From the NCBI GenBank assembly GCA_035310325.1, contig DATGEH010000204.1:1-60994 (forward strand): a DNA stretch of 60,994 nt, in the 5' to 3' direction. Below the pieces are notes generated by a model, which had not been told where the DNA came from, ran no database searches, and saw only the letters and a program-made list of their open reading frames with translations. Below, piece after piece: positions 35,892 through 44,535 of the stretch. Every line of letters starts with the position of its first letter. The stretch's first letter is position 1. The translations under genes were made by a program, and so were the position numbers. This stretch comes from Gaiellaceae bacterium. Lineage in GTDB: Bacteria > Actinomycetota > Thermoleophilia > Gaiellales > Gaiellaceae.

Positions 35892-36244
35892 GCGCTCTGA
35901 AGCTCGACTGCCGGCTCGGCCGGCGCGAGCGCCTGTTCGATCTCGCGCTCGAGCTCGCTCCGGCGGAACGGCTTCATGATGTAGCCGCCCGTGCCGAGCT
36001 CGCGGGTCTCCGCGTTCGGGGGAACGATGCTCACGCAGAGGATGGGGAGCTGCGGGAGCCGCCCGCGCAGGCCTTGGGCTTGCCGCAAGCCCAGGCGCGA
36101 AGACGGCTCCAGCAGCATCAGATCGGGCAACTCGCCTCCAGCCAGCTCACGCTGGCCGATCGGTCGATGACCGAGCCGCAGGACGAGGAGCTCGAGCAAC
36201 GACCACGTACCTGGATCCGGTTCAGCGATCAGGATGGTGGCCAT
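35888..36244 (-). CDS. Single-domain atypical receiver protein lacking the phospho-acceptor Asp
   Basis: MATILIAEPDPG...PDLMLLEPSS (Glu where the acceptor Asp is expected)...CVSIV...IMKPF. 118 aa. Confidence 0.6.
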   Translation of the reverse strand: MATILIAEPDPGTWSLLELLVLRLGHRPIGQRELAGGELPDLMLLEPSSRLGLRQAQGLRGRLPQLPILCVSIVPPNAETRELGTGGYIMKPFRRSELEREIEQALAPAEPAVELQSA

Positions 36245-36302
36245 CGCGTAAAGAGTCGTCCTCGAACGAGGGATCGCCGGATGGTCGTGGTATGAAGTAG
36301 GT

Positions 36303-37001
36303 ATGAGCGATCCGCGCATCCTCGTCGCCGACGACGAAGAGGACATCCGCAACCTCGTCCGCACCCTGCTCGAGAAGACCGGCGCCGCCGTCCACGACGC
36401 CGCGGACGGGCGGGAGGCGCTGCGGGAGTTCCACGACTGGCGGCCCGACCTCGTCCTGCTGGACATCGCGATGCCGGAGCTCGACGGCTGGCAGGTGCTG
36501 GAGCGCATTCGCGACCTCTCGGACGTGCCGGTCCTCATGCTCACTGCCCGCGGCGACGAGCTCGAACGGGTGCGCGGGCTCCAGAGCGGCGCCGACGACT
36601 ATGTCGTCAAGCCGTTCGGCCGGCAGGAGCTCGTCGCGCGTGTGGAGGCGCTGCTGCGACGCGCGGGCCGAGTTGCGGACGATGAGGCACTCGAGACGTA
36701 CGCCGACGGCTACCTCACGATCGACTATCCGCAGCGTCGCGTCATTGTCGGCGACCGTGACGTGCGCCTGACGCCGCTCGAGTTCCGGCTGCTCTCGACC
36801 TTCGTGCGCAACCCGCGTCAGGTGCTGAGCCGCGATCAGCTGCTGGACCTCGTCTGGGGCGACACGTACGGCGTCGGTGGCGACCAGGTGAAGCTCTACA
36901 TCGGATATCTGCGCCGCAAGCTCGATCCCGCCGCGGCCGACTCGACGCCGATCGAGACGGTGCGCGGCTTCGGCTACCGCTACGCCCCGCCCGACGCCTG
37001 A
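36303..37001 (+). CDS. OmpR/PhoB-family response regulator
   Basis: Receiver domain (ILVADDEEDI, DLVLLDIAMPELDG, VVKPF) plus a winged-helix C-terminus (LTPLEFRLL...VRGFGYR). Confidence 0.9.
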   Translation: MSDPRILVADDEEDIRNLVRTLLEKTGAAVHDAADGREALREFHDWRPDLVLLDIAMPELDGWQVLERIRDLSDVPVLMLTARGDELERVRGLQSGADDYVVKPFGRQELVARVEALLRRAGRVADDEALETYADGYLTIDYPQRRVIVGDRDVRLTPLEFRLLSTFVRNPRQVLSRDQLLDLVWGDTYGVGGDQVKLYIGYLRRKLDPAAADSTPIETVRGFGYRYAPPDA

Positions 37002-37369
37002 CGCTTCACGAGCTCGCTGACGCTTTCCGACAGCTTCGTCGGCGAGAACGGCTTGCGCACGTACGCATCGGCGCCGCCCTCGAAGCCGCGCCGCACGTCG
37101 GCCTCCTGCGCGCGCGCCGTCAGCAGCACGACGATCATCCCGCGTAGCTCGGCGTCGGCGCGGATGCCTCGCAGCACCTCGAGCCCGTCGATTCCGGGCA
37201 GGCCGAGATCGAGGATGGCGATGCTCGGCTTTTGCTCGCGCGCGAGCTCGAGCCCCTCCTCGCCGTCTCTCGCCTCGATGACGTCGTAGCCGTCGAGCCG
37301 CAGCCGCTTGGTCACGAGCGAGAGGATGTCTTCGTCGTCCTCGACGACGAGCACGGTCCGGCTCGTCAT
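36980..37369 (-). CDS. Single-domain CheY-like response regulator
   Basis: VLVVEDDEDI, SIAILDLGLPGIDG, YVRKPF. 129 aa. The ATG overlaps the stop of the upstream kinase remnant (ATGA). Confidence 0.85.
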   Translation of the reverse strand: MTSRTVLVVEDDEDILSLVTKRLRLDGYDVIEARDGEEGLELAREQKPSIAILDLGLPGIDGLEVLRGIRADAELRGMIVVLLTARAQEADVRRGFEGGADAYVRKPFSPTKLSESVSELVKRQASGGA

Positions 37370-38564
37370 GCCACGAGCTCCGCGGGGTCGGGACCGACGT
37401 TCGCGTCCGCGCGCAGCGGCAGCGTGATGCGGAACGTCGTCCCGCCGCCGTCGGGCGAGAACGCGGAGATGGGCCCGCCGTGCGCTTCGGCAATCGCGCG
37501 TGCGATGAAGAGCCCGAGGCCGGTACCGGGGATCTGCTCATTCACCGCCGTCGAGGTACGGAAGAAGCGGTCGAAGACCCGCTCCGCGTCTCCTTTGGGA
37601 AGGCCGATGCCCGTATCGCTCACGTCGACCACGGCGCCCTCCGACGAGCCCAGCACCCGCACGTCGACGCGGCCCCCCGCGTGCGTGAACTTGAGTGCGT
37701 TCGAGATGAGGTTGTCCAAGAGCTGGAAGAGCCTCCGCGCGCATGCGCGACGACGAGCGCGGCCGGGACCGTGAGCAGCGCACCCGCGAGCACGGCGACC
37801 CGCGATCTGCCCACGAGCACCGCCGGCGCGCGCCGCGGCACAGTCAGTTGCTTCATCGAGGGATGCAGCGCTGCAGCACCCCAGAAGACGTACGACATCA
37901 TCCAGGTGAGGTCGATCCAGCTGCCCTCCTGGTAGCTGGTGCTCGAGAGGCCGACGACTTCATCGCCGACGAGCTGGGCCACGAAGCCGGCGACCAGCAG
38001 CATGAACGCGGGCGTGCGCCATGCGGGCGAGACGAAGAAGCTCGCATACCCACCGAGCAGCACGATGTCCATCGCCGGATAGAGGCCGTACACGATCTTC
38101 TGCTCGGTGGTGCCGCCGCCATGGATCGCGGGCTGCATGACGAAGATCCATTGGAAGACGGCGAACGCGAGCGTGACGATCCCCGCGTCCACGAGGGCGC
38201 CACTTCTGTAGTGGCCCTCGGAGGCGACGAGCAGGAGCACCACCGACAGGGCGAACAGCGGGTACGCGCTGAGGTAGAGGCCGTCCGCCACCGAGGGCGA
38301 CGTCGCATTCGGGTGGAAGTCGAAGACAGCGTCGCCGGCGACGAACAGCGCGTTGCCGGCCGCGAATACCAGCCACGGCAGCACCGGCCGCGGCCGGTGC
38401 GTACGGATTCCCCAGACGATTCCGAAGAACGCGAGGCCGCCGAGCGTGTCGTAGATCGCCGCCTGCGCGGTCCCCCCGGGCGCGAACAGGTAATAGAGCG
38501 CCCCGGCCGCGGTCCCGCCGACGAGGAAGAGCGCAGCTGGCCTGGATTCACGGGACAGGGCCAC
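37366..38564 (-). pseudogene. Disrupted sensor histidine kinase: polytopic membrane domain joined out of frame to a HATPase_c domain, with no DHp/His-box
   Basis: Frame A (GTG at 38564 to about 37745) is ~270 aa of TM helices. Frame B (from about 37740) reads RRLFQLLDNLISNALKF (N-box), DTGIG (G1) and GTGLGL (G2). No H-box is present in any frame between them. Confidence 0.6.
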
Positions 38565-38574
38565 GGCTGTTCGT

Positions 38575-39411
38575 TCACTGTAGCCCCGGATCTCCCAAGA
38601 AATCGAGGATCGCGGCCGCGAGCTCGGCCGGTCGGTCCTCTTGCAGGAAGTGGCCGGCGCCTGCGAGCAGGACGGGGCCCTGCGCGGCGCGCAGCAGCTC
38701 GACGAACCGCTCGGCGACCGGCGGCAGCAGCACGCCGTCCTCCGCGCCCCAGACGACGAGCGCGGGCTTGTCGAAGTCGCGCAGAGCGTCGCGGACGCGC
38801 AGCATCGCCGCCGCGTTCGGATGGTCCGGCTCCGTCGGGACGAGCTCGGGGAACGCGAGTGCACCGGCCTTCGACTCGGGTGTGGGGAACGGCGCGTCGT
38901 ACGCCGCGCGCACCTCGTCGGACAAGCCCTGGGCGGTACCCGCAGCCACCAGCCGCCCGATGTCGAGTGCTCCGCCCGCCTTGCGCACCGCCTCGCGGAA
39001 GCGCAGCCACGTCTCGCCGGGCGCGCCGACGCCGATGCCGGTGTCGAGGACGACGAGCCGCGCGATCCGCGCCTCGTGCTCGACGGCGACCCGCAGGCCG
39101 ATCGGCCCGCCCCAGTCGTGGACGACGAGCGTGAGCCCGTGCAGGTCGAGCTCCTCGACGAGCTGCGCGATCGAAGCGACGTGGCGGTCGTACGAGTACC
39201 AGCCGATGTCTTCGGGCTTATCCGAGCGGCCGAAGCCGATCAGGTCGGGCGCGATCGCGCGGTAGCCCGCGGCGACGAGCGGCGGGATGACGTTGCGCCA
39301 GAGATACGACGACGTCGGCTCGCCGTGCAGCAACAGCACCGGGTCGCCCGCGCCTTCGTCGACGACGTGCATGTGCAGTCCGTCGAACTCCACGGGCGCA
39401 TCATCGCGCAT
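38575..39411 (-). CDS. Alpha/beta hydrolase (haloalkane dehalogenase-like)
   Basis: HGEPTSSYLWRN and VVHDWGG nucleophile elbow. ATG at 39411; the GTG at 39453 is an alternative. Confidence 0.8.
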   Translation of the reverse strand: MRDDAPVEFDGLHMHVVDEGAGDPVLLLHGEPTSSYLWRNVIPPLVAAGYRAIAPDLIGFGRSDKPEDIGWYSYDRHVASIAQLVEELDLHGLTLVVHDWGGPIGLRVAVEHEARIARLVVLDTGIGVGAPGETWLRFREAVRKAGGALDIGRLVAAGTAQGLSDEVRAAYDAPFPTPESKAGALAFPELVPTEPDHPNAAAMLRVRDALRDFDKPALVVWGAEDGVLLPPVAERFVELLRAAQGPVLLAGAGHFLQEDRPAELAAAILDFLGDPGLQ

Positions 39412-39468
39412 GGAGTGGGGCCGGACGGGCTGCGGCCGTCCGCCCGGCCCCACAGTGAAGACGCCGGC

Positions 39469-40713
39469 CTAGGGTGAAACTTGCGGCTTCAGCGCCGCTT
39501 CCGCGATCGCCTGCCGGCTGCGTCTCAGGAGCGCGCTCGCTGCCGCCGCCGTCCCGGCCAGGCCGACGACTCCGGCGACGGTGAACGCGAGCTCGGTGCC
39601 CCCGCGCGCGCACAGCCAGCCGGCCATCAGCCCTGCAAGCGCGGCGGTGCCGTTGAACGCGTAGAAGTAGATCCCGATGATCCGTCCGCGCAGATGGTCG
39701 GGTGCGGCCAGCTGCATGCTCGCGTTCGAGTTCGCCGACCACACCGTGAAGCCGGCGCCGACGGCGAACAGCAGCACCGCAGACAGCCAGGGGGTCTGCA
39801 CCGGCGCGAGCACGAGCTCTGCGCTCGTGAACGCTGCGGCACCGAAGACCATGACCTTGAGCGATGCGCGCCCGAGCGACGCCGCGATCAGCGACCCAGC
39901 CAGCGCGCCTGCCCCGAACGTGGCGGAGAGGAGCGCGTACACCCACTCGTGCGTGTGCAGTGTCTTGTACGCGAGCACGGGCAGCGTGACGTTGAAGTTG
40001 AAGCAGAACGTGCTCAGCACGACGGTGAGCCCGAGGACGCCGAGCATCCGCCGCCGCGATAGGGCGTAGGCGAGTCCTTCGCGCGTGCCCTTCAGGATCG
40101 ACGGCCGTTCGAAGCGCTCGAGCGGGAAGAAGTCACGCGTGCGCATCGCGTAGAGGCCGAGCAGCACGGCGAGGAAGCTGATCGCGTTGATGAGGAAGCA
40201 CACGCCTGCCCCGGCGAAACCGAGGACGATGCCTGCGGCCGACGGCCCGAAGATGCGCGACGCATTGAACAGGCTCGAGTTGAGGGCGATTGCGTTAGGC
40301 AGCGACTCGCGGCCGACCATCCGGTACGTGAGCTGCTGGCGCGAAGGGACATCGAGAACGAGCACGAGCCCGTTCATGAACGCGATCGAGTAGAGCATCC
40401 ACGGCTGAGCGAAGCCGGCAAGGACGATCCACGCGAGCACGCTCGCGTTCACGAGCTGCGCCCACTGCGTTCCGAGCACCAGACGGCGTGCGTCGAGGCG
40501 GTCGGTGATGACGCCGGCGAAGAGGCCGAAGACCATGAACGGCGTGAACTGCGCAAGCGCCATCAGGCCGACGTCGAACGACGAGTTCGTCAGCTGGAGG
40601 ACGTACCAGCCGAGGGCGATGCGCTGCATCCAGGAGCCGGTCTGCGAGACCGTCTGCCCGGCGAAGAACAACCTGTAGTTCCGATAGCGGAAGCTCGAGA
40701 ACGTGCGCTTCAT
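39469..40713 (-). CDS. MFS transporter (MFS_3/EntS-like exporter)
   Basis: MKRTFSSFRYRNYRLFFAGQTVSQTGSWMQ..., 414 aa, multi-TM. The ATG overlaps the upstream MarR stop (ATGA). Confidence 0.8.
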   Translation of the reverse strand: MKRTFSSFRYRNYRLFFAGQTVSQTGSWMQRIALGWYVLQLTNSSFDVGLMALAQFTPFMVFGLFAGVITDRLDARRLVLGTQWAQLVNASVLAWIVLAGFAQPWMLYSIAFMNGLVLVLDVPSRQQLTYRMVGRESLPNAIALNSSLFNASRIFGPSAAGIVLGFAGAGVCFLINAISFLAVLLGLYAMRTRDFFPLERFERPSILKGTREGLAYALSRRRMLGVLGLTVVLSTFCFNFNVTLPVLAYKTLHTHEWVYALLSATFGAGALAGSLIAASLGRASLKVMVFGAAAFTSAELVLAPVQTPWLSAVLLFAVGAGFTVWSANSNASMQLAAPDHLRGRIIGIYFYAFNGTAALAGLMAGWLCARGGTELAFTVAGVVGLAGTAAAASALLRRSRQAIAEAALKPQVSP

Positions 40714-41155
40714 CGCGCGTTCTCGTCCGGCAGCACGCGCATGAGCGGCTCGACGGCCGCCTCGATTGCGGCGCGCTCGTCCTCGTCGAGCTCGCGCAGC
40801 CGCGAGGCGAGCCAGGCGGTGCGCCGCGAGCGGACACGCCGGAGCACGCGCCGGCCCTCGTCGGTGAGATCGAGGCCGACGCGCCGGCGATCGTCCTCGC
40901 TCTGCGTGCGCGTGACGAGCCCGTCGCGCTCGAGCCGGTCGACGTGCTTCGTCAGTGCCGGCGGCGAGACCCGCTCCTGCGCCGCCAGCTCGCCGACGCC
41001 TATGCCCGGCGCGTACTTGATCGATACGAGGAGGGAGACCTGCGCCGGCGAGACGCCCTCGGCGCGGCCTCGCGGCGAAGCTCCCGGGAGATGCGCAGCA
41101 GGGCGGGGCGAAGGGCGTCCGCAAGCGCCACTGCGTCAGTCTCGAGTGCCGGCAT
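40710..41155 (-). pseudogene. MarR-family regulator with an apparent 1-nt frameshift
   Basis: The ATG frame gives MPALETDAVALADALRPALLRISRELRRE. The wHTH body (GVSPAQVSLLVSIKYAPGIGVGELAAQERVSPPALTKHVDRLERDGLVTRT...) is in another frame. The span is 446 nt, one short of a multiple of three. The shift is near 41055-41075. Confidence 0.65.
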
Positions 41156-41176
41156 ATCGTTAACCTGGTTAACGAT
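41156..41176. promoter_or_regulatory. Perfect palindrome ATCGTTAAC-ctg-GTTAACGAT abutting the MarR start (candidate operator)
   Basis: 9-bp arms with a 3-nt centre, AT-rich relative to the surroundings, immediately 5-prime of the ATG at 41155. Confidence 0.6.
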
Positions 41177-41186
41177 AGCAGGCCGG

Positions 41187-41540
41187 TTACCGTCTGGAGA
41201 CGACCTCCGAGTTCACGACGGCGCCGGAGGGGAGCGGGTTCGCAGCCAGCTGGTTCTGCCAGAGATATGCCTCCGACTGGAAGCTCGCGAGCACGCCGAT
41301 CCCGCGGCGCGACTGGTTGTCGCGGTCGCGTGAAGGGACGTGGTTCACGATGCGGTCGCCGATCTTCAGCACGCCGCGTGAGATGTCCTCGAGGCCGGCG
41401 ACCATGCGGAGCGCGGTCGTCTTCCCACAGCCCGAGGGGCCGACGAGGACCATGAACTCGCCGTCCTTGATGTCGAGATCGAGGCCGTTCACAGCCGTCG
41501 TTCCGTCGGGATACGTCTTCGTCACCCCGTCGAACGTCAC
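41187..41540 (-). pseudogene. Remnant of a MalK/UgpC-type ABC ATPase (N-terminal ~75 aa only)
   Basis: Walker A region [21 protein letters not shown]...SRDRD parallels the intact gene at 58577-59734. The sequence then degenerates, with no Q-loop continuation, signature motif or Walker B. Confidence 0.7.
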
Positions 41541-41587
41541 TCCGACGATCCGCTCCCCCCCGAGTCGATGTCCCGGCGAGGATCCTA

Positions 41588-42163
41588 CTAACCGCTGATC
41601 TGCGGCGCACCGCCGGTGTCGAAGTCACCCGGAGGCGGCTCGATCCTGATCGCGTCGCGACCCGTTCGCCGGCGGATCTCGAGCAGCACGCCGACGACGA
41701 TCGTCCCGATCGCGAGCCCGAGCGTCCAGTGCGTGATGCTCGTCACCGTCGCCTGCGCGATGTGCTCCCACTCGCCCCGCGAGCTGAGATTCGAAGGGTC
41801 GGAGTCCTTTAGAAAGTCCATTCCGAGTGGGAAGCGGCGCTCGTGCCGTGCAAGCCAGCCGTTCGAGATGCCCGGCAAGACGAGGCAGCAGACGATGCCC
41901 GCCACTGCGGGAACGTAGATGCCGCGGCGCTTGAGCGCGAGGCCGGCGATGCCCCCAATGAGGACGATCCCCGGCACGATCAGCGCCGCGAGATAGACCT
42001 TCACCTCGGTCGGCGTCGTGCTCGGCCCTTCGTGCTTTCCGACGACGTGCGGCCGGTCGAGCGCGAGCGACGAAGCCATCAGGGCGGCGAAGTAGAGCGG
42101 CACCGCGATGAGACCACCGACTGCGAGCGGCGCCCGCGTCTCGAGAGTGCGCCAGAGCTTCAC
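41588..42163 (-). CDS. Hypothetical integral membrane protein (about 4 TM)
   Basis: The GTG at 42163 overlaps the upstream ATPase stop (GTGA). 191 aa with hydrophobic segments. Confidence 0.55.
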   Translation of the reverse strand: MKLWRTLETRAPLAVGGLIAVPLYFAALMASSLALDRPHVVGKHEGPSTTPTEVKVYLAALIVPGIVLIGGIAGLALKRRGIYVPAVAGIVCCLVLPGISNGWLARHERRFPLGMDFLKDSDPSNLSSRGEWEHIAQATVTSITHWTLGLAIGTIVVGVLLEIRRRTGRDAIRIEPPPGDFDTGGAPQISG

Positions 42164-42912
42164 ATGCGCCCCGCTTCGATGATCCGCGCGAGGAACTCTC
42201 GTGTGCGCGGCTCTGTCGGCTGCGTGAAGATCTGCTCGGGTGTCCCCTGCTCGCAGATGACGCCTGCATCGAGGAAGCACACCTTGTTCGCAACCTCGCG
42301 CGCGAAGCTCATCTCGTGCGTCGCGATGATCATCGTCATCCCGACCTCGGTGAGCGAGCGCACGAGATTCAGCACCTCCGAGACGAGCTGGGGATCGAGC
42401 GCAGACGTGATCTCGTCGAGCAGGAGCAGTTTCGGATTCATCGCGAGCGCTCTCGCGATCGCCACGCGTTGCTGCTGCCCGCCCGAGAGGCGGTCCGGAT
42501 ATTCGTGCGCCTTGTCCTCGAGCCCGATCCTTTGCAACAGCTCCATCGCTGTCGCACGTGCACGCTTCGGATCGAGGTCGCGAACCTTGCGCGGTGCGAG
42601 CGCGACATTCTGCAGCACCGTCATGTGCGGGAAGAGGTTGTACGCCTGGAAGACGATTCCGATCTTGCGACGCAGTGCATTCACGTCGACGGCACCGTTC
42701 GTGATCGTCTGACCGTCGACGACGATCTCGCCTTCGTCGACCTTCTCGAGCAGGTTGACGCAGCGGAGGAGCGTCGACTTGCCGGAGCCCGAGGCGCCGA
42801 TCAGGCACACGACGTTGTGCTCGTCGACGTCGAGATCGACCTTGCGCAGCACTTCGAGGTCCCCGAAGCGCTTCGTCACCCCGCTGAGCGAGACAAAATG
42901 GCCTGTGGTCAT
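42160..42912 (-). CDS. Polar amino-acid ABC transporter ATP-binding protein (GlnQ-like)
   Basis: Walker A GASGSGKST, signature LSGGQQQRVAIARAL, Walker B LLLLDE. 250 aa. Confidence 0.9.
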   Translation of the reverse strand: MTTGHFVSLSGVTKRFGDLEVLRKVDLDVDEHNVVCLIGASGSGKSTLLRCVNLLEKVDEGEIVVDGQTITNGAVDVNALRRKIGIVFQAYNLFPHMTVLQNVALAPRKVRDLDPKRARATAMELLQRIGLEDKAHEYPDRLSGGQQQRVAIARALAMNPKLLLLDEITSALDPQLVSEVLNLVRSLTEVGMTMIIATHEMSFAREVANKVCFLDAGVICEQGTPEQIFTQPTEPRTREFLARIIEAGRM

Positions 42913-43616
42913 ACCATCGCCGCGCGCTCGCGCAGCTCGCGCGCCTTGATCAGGTGATCGGTGTAGCGGGCAAGCGGAATCGTGAGGAAGATGAAGAACA
43001 CGGCGCCTACGAGGAACCCGGTGAAATTGAAGTAGCTGCTCGCGAAGTTCTGGCCCTGTGCAGCAGCCTCCGTCACGCCGATGGCGCCGATGATTGCGGT
43101 GTCCTTCTGGAGGCCGATGAAATCGTTGAGGAGCGGCGGCACGACGCGGCGGATCGCCTGTGGGAGCACGACGTAGCGCAGTGCCTGTCCGTAGCTGAGG
43201 CCGAGCGAGCGCGCGGCCATGCGCTGGCTCCCGTGCACCGACTCGATTCCCGCGCGGTACACCTCGGTGACGTATGCCGTGTAGACGACGGTGAGTGCGA
43301 CGATCCCGTAGACCTCGTTCGAATAGTTCGAGATCCCCGCGTAGCGCAGTCCCGGGATCCCGAGGATGAACGCGTACGCGACGATCGTCAGCGGAGTGCC
43401 GCGAAAAAAGTCCGTGTAGAGGATCGCCAGGCCGCGGAACGGCTTTGCGCCGCGGCCCGGCAATCCCCGCACGATCGCCATGAGCAAGGCGAGTACGAGC
43501 ACCAGGGCTTCCGCGATCACCATCATGTGGACGTTGATCAGGAAGCCCGACCACACGTCCGGCAGGACCTGCCGAAAGTAGAACGGGTCGGCAAAGTCCT
43601 GCAGGACGCGGTGCAC
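42909..43616 (-). CDS. Amino-acid ABC transporter permease
   Basis: EAA-like region ESVHGSQRMAARSLGLSYGQALRYVVLPQA. The GTG at 43616 has AGGAAAG upstream. The start is uncertain. Confidence 0.8.
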   Translation of the reverse strand: MHRVLQDFADPFYFRQVLPDVWSGFLINVHMMVIAEALVLVLALLMAIVRGLPGRGAKPFRGLAILYTDFFRGTPLTIVAYAFILGIPGLRYAGISNYSNEVYGIVALTVVYTAYVTEVYRAGIESVHGSQRMAARSLGLSYGQALRYVVLPQAIRRVVPPLLNDFIGLQKDTAIIGAIGVTEAAAQGQNFASSYFNFTGFLVGAVFFIFLTIPLARYTDHLIKARELRERAAMV

Positions 43617-43629
43617 GGCGTCTTTCCTA

Positions 43630-44433
43630 CTACTTGAGCACTGGGATCTTCGACACGTCGATCGCGAACCACTTCTTCTGCAGCTTCCCGATCGTTCCGT
43701 TTGCGTTGAGCGCATTGATCGCGGCCGAGACCGAAGCGGTCAGCTTCGAACCCTTCGAGAGCACGCCGCCGTACTGCTCGTGCGTCTCGATCTGGCCGGC
43801 GATCGGCCCATAGGCCGACGGCTTCGTCTTCTTCTGCGACGCGATGATCGGCACGTCCATCACAAACGCGTCGCAGCGGCCGGCCTGGACGGCGGCGAAC
43901 GCGGCGGCGGTCGTGTTGTAGATCTGGATGTGTGCTGCGTGCAGCTTGTGCTGCAGGTAGTCGAGGCCCGTCGTCGTCGACTGGGCGCACAGCTTCAGTG
44001 CCTTCAGCTGCGCGAGGCTGGTCGGCGACTTGCCGCCAACCTTCATCAACACGCCCTGGTTTGCGTTGAAGTACGACGAGGTGAAGTCGACCGCCTTCGC
44101 GCGCGCGGGCGTGATCGTCGACTCCTCGAAGGCGAAGTCGAACGGCTTGGTGCCCGGGCGGAAGAGGGTGTCGAACGGGATGTTGATCCAGCTGATGTTG
44201 GCCGCCGAGATGCCGAGCTTCGCCGCGATGTCCTTGGCGAGGTCGATCTCGAAGCCGTGCGGGTTGATCACGCTGTTGCCCCGAAGAGTGCCGACCTGGA
44301 AGCCGACAGCCGGTGGGTTGAGACCCACGGTCAGATGACCGGGCTTGAGCGTCGGTGCTGCCGCCTGCCTGGCCGACGCAGCCGGAATCGCGACGAGTGC
44401 CGCGACGGCGACGGCGAGGAGAAGACGCTTCAC
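43630..44433 (-). CDS. Amino-acid ABC transporter substrate-binding protein
   Basis: Signal peptide MKRLLLAVAVAALVAIPAASA, SBP_bac_3-like body, AGGAGGG SD upstream. Confidence 0.8.
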   Translation of the reverse strand: MKRLLLAVAVAALVAIPAASARQAAAPTLKPGHLTVGLNPPAVGFQVGTLRGNSVINPHGFEIDLAKDIAAKLGISAANISWINIPFDTLFRPGTKPFDFAFEESTITPARAKAVDFTSSYFNANQGVLMKVGGKSPTSLAQLKALKLCAQSTTTGLDYLQHKLHAAHIQIYNTTAAAFAAVQAGRCDAFVMDVPIIASQKKTKPSAYGPIAGQIETHEQYGGVLSKGSKLTASVSAAINALNANGTIGKLQKKWFAIDVSKIPVLK

Positions 44434-44535
44434 GGGTAACCCTCCTGTCAGTTTGGAACCGGAAGAGCCGAATCTATCGCTCTAGAGCGCTCCGTGTGAG
44501 CTGTTGGAAGTGGCCGATGAGCTGCTCGCTCCGGC

